A stretch of 63,922 nt of DNA, the filler included, from Nemertoderma westbladi (lineage: Eukaryota; Animalia; Xenacoelomorpha), in assembly GCA_032718475.1 (NCBI GenBank). It is 3 parts of 3 records of this genome, joined end to end, with 100 filler letters (N's around TTAATTAATTAA, not from the genome) between each part and the next. Parts side by side here need not be neighbours in the genome. Positions count along the whole stretch, not along the records: positions 24,097 to 54,074 come from JAUCBJ010004768.1; 2 more parts are not named here. One strand, 5' to 3'. The notes beneath the pieces were generated by a model. That model made no database searches. It saw only the letters and a list, made by a program, of their open reading frames with translations, and had not been told where the DNA came from. The translations under genes were made by a program, and so were the position numbers. Position 1 is the first letter of the stretch, and each line of letters opens with the position of its first letter. Shown here in pieces: positions 37,952-48,554 of this stretch.

Positions 37952-38750
37952 GTTAATAAACGCACCGGAGCAAATAAAGTTTATTGTCCGAGACGCCATA
38001 AAGATAGGCTGGCCGTGGGGAGAGCCGGGGGAAAATGATAAGTATAAAAGTTGGGAGCTCAAACTGCCTGGCTATCCCTGGTGGGCAACAGGACGGGACG
38101 CGGTAAAGTCTCGTCACACGATCAGTCTCCTACTGAGGCGTCTTCAGTCCCAGGGTTGGCGCGTATACCAGTCGTTGGACATTTCCCGAAAGTACAAAGA
38201 CAAATCCATGTTGATGTTCAAACGAGACGTTCCGTTCGACACTCCGTTCTTCTGTCTGAGTCTCAACGAGACGGATAAGATCGAAGTTATCGACGCTCCG
38301 GACGTTGTCCGGGACAATTTGCGAGGCCTCATTGAGAGGCATTGGACCCCGGGGATACAACGCTTGCTAGTTCGCGAGAATTCCTACGAGTTTAAACTCA
38401 CAGGGAACCCGTGGTCCAGCTCAGACGACGGAGAGCGCGACATGGCTCGTTCGCTGTTGTGTCACGTCCTGCAGGAGTTGGCCGGGTTGCAGTGGGTGCC
38501 GGTCATGTCCGCCGACGTTTGCGCCCAGTACGTGGAGGACGACGGACCGGACTACCCATCGGACTCTCACTCCTGGTGGTTCATGTACTTCCAGAACCCC
38601 CGGGTGGCGGCCGCCGCAGCTGCCGCAGCCGCAAATTACTATCCGTCACTTAGTTACGGGTGGTACGGGATGACATTATCCGATGCCCCCTCTGTGCCCC
38701 CGCTGGAGGGGGCATTCAGTGAGTACCAAGGCCTAGCAAAAATTAATTGA
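37952..38750 (+). CDS. Uncharacterised four-repeat-domain protein, exon 2 (spliced total 524 aa)
   Basis: CAG acceptor at 37949-37951; in-frame join gives DRLRLINAP; two further domain copies (KLPGYPW, KLTGNPW); Ala/Pro/Tyr-rich tail. Confidence 0.8.
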
Positions 38751-39119
38751 GATTACTGGGTGATATTACATCAATTAATTGCAAATTGTACTATATTAGC
38801 TGGGTAGAAATTATATGTATTTTCATTATTGCACACTGATAAGCACACTGATATTATTAATTAATTACACTCTACATTTTGCCACGTCTTCGTTTCCAAT
38901 TAATATAGTGCTATATTTTTCATTATTTACATGGTTTATGCAACATATTTATACCAATTATATATTTTTTCTGTCTGATTATTATTTATTTTTCTTCGAT
39001 TATATTTTATCTTAAGATAGAATATAATTAATCAATATATATTACAAATAAAATTGATTTAATTAATATACAGTATAAAAACGTTGGCAATCTCGTTGAA
39101 TCTCGCCTTTCTCTGTCAG

Positions 39120-39270
39120 GTGGAAATGGTTAGGGCGTCAGACTTCCAACCGGAGGTCACCAGTTCGATCCCACCTGGACGTCATTACCGACTTTGCAAA
39201 AGCTGGGCCAACAAAAAGTTATAATAATATGAAACCACTCATTCACCCATAACACCAATAATAAATTATA
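39120..39270 (+). mobile_element. tRNA-derived SINE, degenerate copy
   Basis: A-box TGGTTAGGGCG and B-box GTTCGATCC; body CTTTGCAAAAGCTG..AACAAAAAGTTATAAT shared with the 39540 copy. Confidence 0.65.
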
Positions 39271-39539
39271 AATATAGCGGTCGAATTTATCTATGGGTGT
39301 AACTGTCCTACCTAAATTAGTAGTTGGGAGTGTATAATTAATCATTGTGGTCGTGATGGTTCATGGTTAATATATATACACTACCCTTTCATTGTAGCGA
39401 GTGGTTTAGAGGCGACCAAATACTGTATGATTGAGCACAGTGGCAGCAGATAATGTTATTGACAGATGGGACGCCATGAGGAGGTAAATTGCGGACATAC
39501 AAGGTATCATATAGTATTTCCATGTCTATCTTTTACCTG

Positions 39540-39690
39540 AGCCGCTAGTTGAATGGTTAGAGCGCCAGACTTCCAACCCGGAGGTCACGTGTTCGAACCC
39601 ACCTGGACGCCATTGTATTGAACTTTGCAAAAGCTGTGCCAAACAAAAAGTTATAATTGATGAATAACACCAATAATAAACTATAATGCG
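39540..39690 (+). mobile_element. tRNA-derived SINE
   Basis: TGGTTAGAGCG A-box, CTTCCAA anticodon-like loop, GTTCGAACC B-box; poor acceptor stem; shared downstream body. Confidence 0.7.
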
Positions 39691-40029
39691 TTGAAGTAGA
39701 AATCTGTGACAGCGGGGTTCCAAGGTTTCTGTGTGTCTCCGACCATGGAGAATGGAGATCTATCATGGAGAATGATTCTAGTTGTTGGAGAGGGGCGACC
39801 GAAGCTTTCAAAAGCAACCGGGTAGAAAAGGAATCCGCGGTTTACATGTTCTTTTTTATTTTCTTTTGTTTATTCGATTCTCCAAAAATATTCAATCCAA
39901 CTTTCTTCGATCTCCAATACTTACTGTTACCTACTTTTTTTTCTATGGACTGGATATTATGGTGGCAATCAAAATTGATAATATTATGTGCTGTGTATAA
40001 AAATTAGAAAGTCAATAATAAACATAACA

Positions 40030-40240
40030 TCTGAGGCACCAGATCACTGTGAGGGCTATACTGCCTTCACAGAAGCAATTAAGTTAGCAGCTGCAGAAAC
40101 AGTTCCTGTATACCCTCGAAACAGGAAAAGGGCCCCCTGGACTGATCACAAAATTCAGAAGTGCCGAAATGACCTCTATAAGTAAGACGCAGAAAGAGTC
40201 CAGACTCAAACAGACTACAGCGGCCAAGAATGCAGTTAAG
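40030..40240 (+). mobile_element. Fragment of the RTE-like LINE family found at 57940
   Basis: Highly similar to ~59594-59800 (DHCEGYTAFTEA...KIQKCRNDLYK). Confidence 0.85.
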
Positions 40241-40577
40241 TTAATCTGCATGACCTTATAAACAGTAGACTTTGCTGACTTATAGGAGTACTCTCAGAAT
40301 CACTAGAAGGGGCCCCATCGGCTCCTCAACTCATTAGTACAGGCTACCAGGGGCGTATTAAGTTAATTAAATTCGACGCAAATAACAGATGATTACTCTC
40401 AAAAATAAAACTCTAACCTGTTGTTCTATTATGTTTATTTTATTGTTTTGGTTAAAATAACGAGCCACTGTAACCTGCACCTTTCCCTAAATTGAGAATT
40501 TAACATTGAGGCGGGATATTAATTCGCCAAGGCGGGTTTTGCGTCCAGTTTCCCCCCCTGTCTCATGTAGCATGTAT

Positions 40578-41793
40578 ATATGAGAGCATGTATATAGAGG
40601 GCATATGAGAGCATGTATATAGAGGGCATATGAGAGCATGTATATAGAGGGCATATGAGAGCATGTATATAGAGGGCATATGAGAGCATGTATATAGAGG
40701 GATATGAGAGCATGTATATAGAGGGCATACGAGAGCATGTATATAGAGGGCATATGAGAGCATGTATATAGAGGGCATATGAGAGCATGTATATAGAGGG
40801 CATATGAGAGCATGTATATAGAGGGCATATGAGAGCATGTATATAGAGGGCATATGAGAGCATGTATATAGAGGGCATATGAGAGCATGTATATAGAGGG
40901 CATATGAGAGCATGTATATAGAGGGCATATGAGAGCATGTATATAGAGGGCATATGAGAGCATGTATATAGAGGGCATATGAGAGCATGTATATAGAGGG
41001 CATATGAGAGCATGTATATAGAGGGCATATGAGAGTATGTATATAGAGGGCATACGAGAGCATGTATATAGAGGGCATATGAGAGCATGTATATAGAGGG
41101 CATATGAGAGCATGTATATAGAGGGCATATGAGAGCATGTATATAGAGGGCATATGAGAGCATGTATATAGAGGGCATATGAGAGCATGTATATAGAGGG
41201 CATATGAGAGCATGTATATAGAGGGCATATGAGAGCATGTATATAGAGGGCATACGAGAGCATGTATATAGAGGGCATATGAGAGCATGTATATAGAGGG
41301 CATATGAGAGCATGTATATAGAGGGCATATGAGAGCATGTATATAGAGGGCATATGAGAGCATGTATATAGAGGGCATATGAGAGCATGTATATAGAGGG
41401 CATATGAGAGCATGTATATAGAGGGCATATGAGAGCATGTATATAGAGGGCATATGAGAGCATGTATATAGAGGGCATATGAGAGCATGTATATAGAGGG
41501 CATATGAGAGCATGTATATAGAGGGCATATGAGAGCATGTATATAGAGGGCATATGAGAGCATGTATATAGAGGGCATATGAGAGCATGTATATAGAGGG
41601 CATATGAGAGCATGTATATAGAGGGCATATGAGAGCATGTATATAGAGGGCATATGAGAGCATGTATATAGAGGGCATATGAGAGCATGTATATAGAGGG
41701 CATATGAGAGCATGTATATAGAGGGCATATGAGAGCATGTATATAGAGGGCATATGAGAGCATGTATATAGAGGGCATATGAGAGCATGTATA
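40578..41793. repeat. 25-bp minisatellite, ~48 copies
   Basis: Unit CATATGAGAGCATGTATATAGAGGG, nearly invariant. Confidence 0.97.
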
Positions 41794-43211
41794 TAATGTA
41801 TAAAATACATTATTTCTACATTATTTATGACATTATTTTTAACGGAATAAGCCACTTACAAACCATTTTGTTATTAAATCACCTTTGGCTTGGAACAATA
41901 AAGCTATTATCTATCGTTATTTATATCTAACCCATCGCCCATGTCATAAATATTCATTCCAGAACATATATTTCCTTTAACATTGGGTGAAGGTGAAACA
42001 GTCAGCTCGTAGTAGCAGAAACAAGTAGAAACATAGTAAAAGTATAGTAAACATGAGTTGATTATATTGGTTGTGTGGCAACTGGAGTAGGAGTAGCCGG
42101 CTGGGTGGGTATTGGGCAACCCCATGTGTGGGCCTTCCATCCAATGCTAACATGTATTGCAACTGTACAGTACAATGTTAAGAATGCCAGTGAAACTAAA
42201 TATGAGGGCCCTTAGTAGTCACAGGAGCGCAGCCAATATCGTAAATATTCATTCCAGAACATGTATTTATTTAACATGACGTGGTATATGCAGTAGGACA
42301 GACAAGGAAACACATTGTATATTGAAGGTGAATTTATTATATTGGATTGGCTGTCTGACTCGACGGTTGAGGTATCCCAGTCAGCGTAGGCCTAGGCCTA
42401 TACAGTACAATAGGGCTTCCCTCTAATAATGGTAACACAATGCTATATATTATACTATAGTAGTTGTTACTTTTCATGGCTTGCGTTTATGGGCTTTTTA
42501 ATCAGTAGTATTTAGTATTGTAACTGCAACAACTGTGTTGTTAATAATATTTATTATAATTGTATATATTTCATGTATTTGCGGCTATTAAATTTTACTA
42601 CTTTAATTTTTTATTTAATTATTACTTAAACTAGTTTTAATTTATTAATTGGCTATTTTAATTTCTACATAAAATATCAATATATAAAAAGTTAAAAAAA
42701 AGTGTAAATAAAAAAGTTTCCAAAAGTTATCATTAATTTGTTTTGCCAATTTACATTATTGCAGGTTTTGTTACATTTTGTTTTATAGTTTCGGTTTGTA
42801 ATTTTTCACTTTGTCGCACAAACTTAAATTTGTAATAAATTAATATTGATTATTAATATATAATAATAAATAATTATATATAAATATATTAATTTGTATT
42901 AAATTTGTTTTTGACAGTTGACAGTTAACTGAATTTGAGACTAACAAACAATCACGTATTAGTAATATCGAATGCACGATATATCGAATACCTCATGGCT
43001 CCTCCAATTTCGTGCCTTATTGCCACGCAGCCATTATTATCTGATACATATCTGACTACCGGTACTGCATATTAATTTGTAATTGTTCATCTCTCAATCT
43101 TACCATAGACAGATCACTGATTGAAAGCTACTGTTCAATTATTTCAGAATATTACTGCGTGTTCTGCCGCGCTGCTACATACGCTACCGTACCTGGCTGC
43201 AATACAGCAAT

Positions 43212-44588
43212 ATGGCACCAACAGCAACAATGAATGAAACAGAAACAGCGTCTGTAACTGTAGAAACAGTTTCAACGCGAACAAACGTCGTCTTTAATTC
43301 CTCAAAAAATGAGGTGTTCACTCATCTCCAGGGCTATAAGAACTTCAACAAAAAACTTCGATCAAAATGGAAAGTTGTCTCGAGCAAAGATGAAATAGTT
43401 GAGGAGAAACTCAACTTGGCGAAAGTTTTCATCACGTGCGGACCGCGTGATTCGTTTACTCGAAACGAGATGGACGCCATGAAGAAATACATCGAAACGG
43501 GAGGGAGTCTGTTAATGATGATGGGAGAAGGAAAGTTCGATACAAACCTGAACGACTTCCTCAAAGGCTACGGTGTCGAGTTGAAGTCGGACAGCGTTGT
43601 CCGCACCGTCTACTACAAGTACTTCAATCCCAAAGAAGCCCTCATTTCCAATGGGGTCTTAAACCGGGCCTTCAGTCAGGCCGCGGGCAAGCGAACGGTA
43701 GAGCTAGGCGAGGTAGACGAGAATAAGTGCACAGCCTTGCAGTACGTGTACCCGTACGGATGCACGCTAACCGTGGACCCACCGTCTGTGCCGGTACTGT
43801 CAACCGGCAGTGTTTGCTTCCCGTTGAACAGACCGACTCTCTCCCTCTACTCCGATAAGAACGCGGGTAAACTAGCTGTTCTGGGATCCGTTCACATGTT
43901 CAGTGATGCCTACCTTGACAAAGAAGAAAACGCTAAGATACTAGACGTTGTGTTCAACTGGCTGGCCGGCGAGACGGAACTTAAACTGAACACGATCGAC
44001 GCGGAAGCTCCTGAGATAACGGAATACCATCAGATCCCTGAGGTCGCTACCCTCTCGCAGGAACTGAAAGTTAGTCTCCACGAGAGTGAAGATGTCTCCA
44101 GGGACTTCTCTACTCTGTTTGACTGCACGCTGTACTCGCTGGACAACTCCATGGTCCCAGACGTTCTCAACTCTTACAAGGAGCTCTCGGTTAAACACGA
44201 CCCCATCTCGCTTATCGTTCCCACCTTCGACACCCCCTACCCGCACCTCCAACCCGCTGTTTTCCCCCCGGCTTTCCGCGAGTTGCCCCCGCCCGGTTTG
44301 GAGCTGTTCGACCTGGACGAGCACTTCTCCTCGGAAGCCTCTCGGCTCGCCCACATCACCAACAAGTGCACCGAGTCGGACCTCGAGTACTACGTCCGGG
44401 AGTGCGGCGACATCCTCGGGATCAGTAAGCGTCTACCCGAGGAGATTCGCGACGCCAAACACATCCTCGATCACATATTCTTCCAGATCGTCGAGTTTAA
44501 GAAGTTGAATCAGGAAGGCGACATGGTGGCGGTTAGCAACATGGGGTTGCCGGAGGGAATCTCTGCTGGGTCGAGCACGCGACTATAG
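43212..44588 (+). CDS. IFT52: Intraflagellar transport protein 52, intronless (458 aa)
   Basis: VVFNSSKNE, DSVVRTVYYKYFNPKEALISNGVLNRA, YVYPYGCTL, LQPAVFPPAFRELPPPGLELFDLDEHFSSE, DLEYYVRECGDILG, FKKLNQE. Confidence 0.97.
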   Translation: MAPTATMNETETASVTVETVSTRTNVVFNSSKNEVFTHLQGYKNFNKKLRSKWKVVSSKDEIVEEKLNLAKVFITCGPRDSFTRNEMDAMKKYIETGGSLLMMMGEGKFDTNLNDFLKGYGVELKSDSVVRTVYYKYFNPKEALISNGVLNRAFSQAAGKRTVELGEVDENKCTALQYVYPYGCTLTVDPPSVPVLSTGSVCFPLNRPTLSLYSDKNAGKLAVLGSVHMFSDAYLDKEENAKILDVVFNWLAGETELKLNTIDAEAPEITEYHQIPEVATLSQELKVSLHESEDVSRDFSTLFDCTLYSLDNSMVPDVLNSYKELSVKHDPISLIVPTFDTPYPHLQPAVFPPAFRELPPPGLELFDLDEHFSSEASRLAHITNKCTESDLEYYVRECGDILGISKRLPEEIRDAKHILDHIFFQIVEFKKLNQEGDMVAVSNMGLPEGISAGSSTRL

Positions 44589-46321
44589 AGATCTATTATT
44601 ATTTTATTATATTTTATAGGGTAATTAATTACTAATCAGGGGTAATTCGGCAAAAAAATCACCTAGCATGTAAAGAAAGAAGGTAAAACGAGATACAGGA
44701 AACAGGGGGGAATCTCAGTGAAACAATACCTCGTCTCAATGTTAAGTTAATTTAATTAATGGAAAGGAACAGGTTACAGTGGCACGTTATTCTAACCAAA
44801 ACAATAAACTTAAGTCAGTATAACTCAGCTGTAATCCCCCCCCCCCCCCTCTCCCTATCTGTAAAACGAACAACCATCATCTACTATACTATTAGCACTG
44901 CAACTAGCACTGCTTATACTTTTAGTTTATTAACCGTACTATATTTCATTCCTTAAGACCTTTTTTTTTCATTCTAATTTGATTGGTTGGTCATGTCGAG
45001 TAAGATTCATATACATTTATTTACCTTGTTGTTGATAGGATAACTGAGTTCTTTGCAAACCTATATTTATATCACTACGAACAAGATATTTTACTGTTTA
45101 ATAGTATGACTGTAAAGGCTGAACTTAACGCAGTTATTAGACCCTTGAGTCTTTTTATAATCCCGTTGCCATGAACGCGAGGAAACTTATTCATCTTGTA
45201 TTTTAATTATTTATTTTTATTACTATAACTTTATGTACAGACTAAATTTAGTAGGTATATCGCCGCTTTCATGGTCGTATCTATTATAGTAGGCCATTTG
45301 GAACAAATAGCACCAAGTCCGTTTACCATTTACACCATTAGACCCACCAGCACCAGAGCACCATTTACAACCCCAAGTCCAACACACGTAATGTAAGTAA
45401 TTATATATTTTTAATTTATGTGATTATTTTTATATAAATATTAAATTTGACTATTGTATATAACTGTAAATAATATTAAATATGTGCACTGTTGGAAATT
45501 CAGTTTCCTACAATTTATTACAACTCCATTTGAACTGTTGGATTAGCAGGTGATCCTACTTGATAGTATTTGTTTGTGTTTTGCGTCATCTTATTGTTCG
45601 TTCCGTTGATATTTAAAATAAAATTAAAATATACATTTTTGTAACTTCAAACACTTTTTGATTAACTTATACCGGGTAGTCTAGTCTGTCAATACTGTTG
45701 GTCGCACCAATGAACATGCGTGTCTAGCAACTGACTGGTAATATGTCGGCCTGGCGCAAGTAAATCCTTACTGCTCAAGAAGACAACCCCCTACCCCCTG
45801 GCTGGAGCGCTAGCTAACATTGAAAAGTAAGATCTATTTTTTTTATTTTGATGGAGTGTGGAATTTATGTTAAATAAAATAAAATAATCTGATAAATCAT
45901 CAATGAAACTTGGAAATAGACATGGAATACTAAATATACACTAGGGATGTGGCGAATGTCCGCATCCGCGGATATCCGCATTCGCATCCGCACCCACGGC
46001 ATGCGGATGTGACATGCGGATGTTACATGCACTATTCAAGCATCCTGTCTGAAGGCCCAACAACCACTCAATTAAATTTTCAATATTTAATAATTACTTT
46101 TTCCGTTAAGAAATTTTTTTATTTTATCTTAAAATTATCAAAGTATAAAATATCAAAATTATTTCTTATATCAACTTGGCCAGATGCAAAATAAACTACT
46201 GTACTGTATTATGCCAGGACCTAATGTCCCAAGACCTCATGACGCAGGCCAGGACCCAACGATCGACGTGTAAGTTTGTCTGTCTGTCTATCTGTCTTAA
46301 CTTAATGATAAAAACTATTTC

Positions 46322-47852
46322 GAGGCTTATCGTCTCGACTACGGGAACTCTCGTCGAACGTCCCGCAAAGCTGCTGGACTCACTCATACAGCCACTACTG
46401 TTACGAATGCCACATTATGCCAAAGATTCAAAATCGGTGAAAGAGAGGATTCCCGTAGGATCATACCCCAGGGCGACTTTTATGTCCCTAGATGTAGTGG
46501 AAATGTACCCTTCAATATCCTTTGAAGTCGCTGTTGAAGGGATTACCGCCGCCGTAAGGGAGAATGAGGACATTTTAGATAAAACGGGGTATACTTTAGA
46601 TCAAATTATTCAGCTGTTAATGTTTGTAGTATCCCACACATATTTTAAGTTTAAAGAGGGATTTTACGTACTGACCAAGGGGTTGGGTATGGGTGTACCG
46701 GCGGCGAAGGCGATTGCCGTTTTAGCCGTCCACCGCCTACACACCCACGTGGGCCTTATCACCATGTACGGTGCCATCTTTTTCCATACCTTTGTAGACG
46801 ATGGTGAAGCCATTTTCGATTACGCCGTATCGGATCGAACCAAAGAGAACATTATATCTGAGTATAATAACGCGGGGAGGGAAGTGTTTGGAACCGATGA
46901 CATTAAGTTTACATTTGAATTTTCAAACACTACATCCGTATTTTTGGATATGGAACTGTATAAATCAGTACGGGGTGAAATAAAAACCCGAGTGTATTTT
47001 AAACCACTTTCGCGGAAGTTACCCGTTCCTTATTTAAGTAACCATGACAACCAGTTACTGAAATCAGTGGTTAGAGGCCAATTGTTACGATTTTGGCGCC
47101 TGACCGGCGGGGTAGGGGGTGTTGATTATGAATCTGCGAGGGATCGGTACCTCACAGACTGTTGGGTGTCGGGATATCCGCAGGAGTTCCTAGAGCGACT
47201 CCGAGAAATAAAGTGGGATAAACGACGGACCCCTCGAAACAGAAATGACGAGAGGGGTGGGGATTGCTTTTATTTCAAAATTGATGGAACTTTTAGACCG
47301 TGCGTAAAGACTGTGTTGGTCAACAACAAACGCGCCTTAGCCGAGGTAGGGGCTAAGGTTATTGTCACGAAGAGAGGTGGACTAAACTTGGGGAATTCCT
47401 TGATAGTGAAACGCGACTCATCAAGAGGACAGGGAAACGCACCATGTGGACGCGGGGGGTGCCTTACGTGCCCGTTTTTGTTTGACCTTCCTGTACTACC
47501 ATGGGGTGATCGTGTTACGGGCTCTTTCTCGTGTGTATCGTCAAATGTATTATATGCAATCACGTGCAAAGACCACCCGGGGGGTTTTTATATTGGCCAG
47601 ACCGAGCAAAAGCTGGCCGAGAGAGTATCTAAACATAAATCGGTCATAAACGGGTATAGGAAACAACCACCCCAAGATTACCATGAACTAGCAGAGTTTT
47701 TATTGTGCGAACACTTCCGTATGTGCCCTTGGGAGAGTTTTAGGATCACGGTTTTTCGCCAATTCCGGGACAACAAATCAAGAGTACATGCGGAAGCGAA
47801 TTATATTTTTCAGTTCAACCCCCCGTGGAACAAAGTGAGACCAGCTGTATAG
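46322..47852 (+). CDS. Penelope-type reverse transcriptase/GIY-YIG endonuclease, N-terminally truncated
   Basis: RLIVS, SLDVVEMYPSI, GLGMG, FVDD, FLD, PCGRGGCLTC linker, VLYAITC..YIGQT..ER..H; the ORF-track start at 46176 is flanking DNA. Confidence 0.9.
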
Positions 47853-47958
47853 TTGTATATTTATCAACTCATTATTTTTAGTGTAATACCCCGGGGAACT
47901 AAATGATCTTACAGTGTTATTTGATGCAATATGTAGTTATAATGCTAATAATTTTGGA

Positions 47959-48262
47959 AACTTCCAGTCTTTTCTACAGTACGTTTTCCTGTGGTTTATA
48001 TTTTTTTATGCTGAAACAGTTCCACCCTACTTAACTTCCAGTCTTTTCTACAGTACGTTTTCCTGTGGTTTATATTTTTTTATGCTGAAACAGTTCCACC
48101 CTACTTAACTTCCAGTTTTTTCTACAGTACGTTTTCCTTGTGGTTTATATAAATTTTTTTTATGCTGAAACAGTTCCACCCTACTTAACTTCCAGTTTTT
48201 TCTACAGTACGTTTTCCTTGTGGTTTATATAAATTTTTTATGCTGAAACAGTTCCACCCTAC
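47959..48262. repeat. 74-80-bp tandem repeat, 4 copies, in the Penelope 3' region
   Basis: AACTTCCAGT...CAGTTCCACCCTACTT at ~47960, 48034, 48108 and 48188; flanked by a ~40-bp direct repeat at ~47882 and ~48421. Confidence 0.85.
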
Positions 48263-48518
48263 TGTACAATACGAATACTGGTGGGCTTTGCCTACACATT
48301 GACTCAAATGTCCCAACTCAAATTTTACATACAGTACATGTGTGCTGAAAATACCGATTGTTTTTCATTGGAAATACAAGGTTATAACGGCCGCATTCTT
48401 TCACGATTGGTTATCGTGCTTGTAACACCCCGGGGAACTAAGTGATTTTACAGTGTTATTATCAGATTAATGTAGTTGGTTCGATTTAGTAGTACGATAG
48501 AGCTTGTTGTTGTTGCGA

Positions 48519-48554
48519 ACCCTGAGGATGCCCCGAGGGGCGAAATTAATTGGT
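48519..48554 (+). ncRNA. Minimal type I hammerhead ribozyme
   Basis: ACC-CTGAGGA-T-GCCC[CGAG]GGGC-GAAA-TTAA-T-T-GGT: catalytic core, helix II, palindromic helix III and 3-bp helix I. Confidence 0.75.

Noticed and set aside
39540-39612. Functional tRNA-Gly(TCC)
   Set aside because: Acceptor and anticodon stems pair poorly; shares a non-tRNA body with a second copy, so called a SINE
40487-41855. Three ~430-aa minus-strand ORFs
   Set aside because: Translations of the 25-bp satellite
45780-45830. WW-domain-like PLPPGW peptide
   Set aside because: Followed by stops within four codons; no supporting exon structure
46176-46321. N-terminus of the 558-aa RT ORF
   Set aside because: Lies in host flank and in the inverted 24-bp piece; fortuitous open frame with no true start
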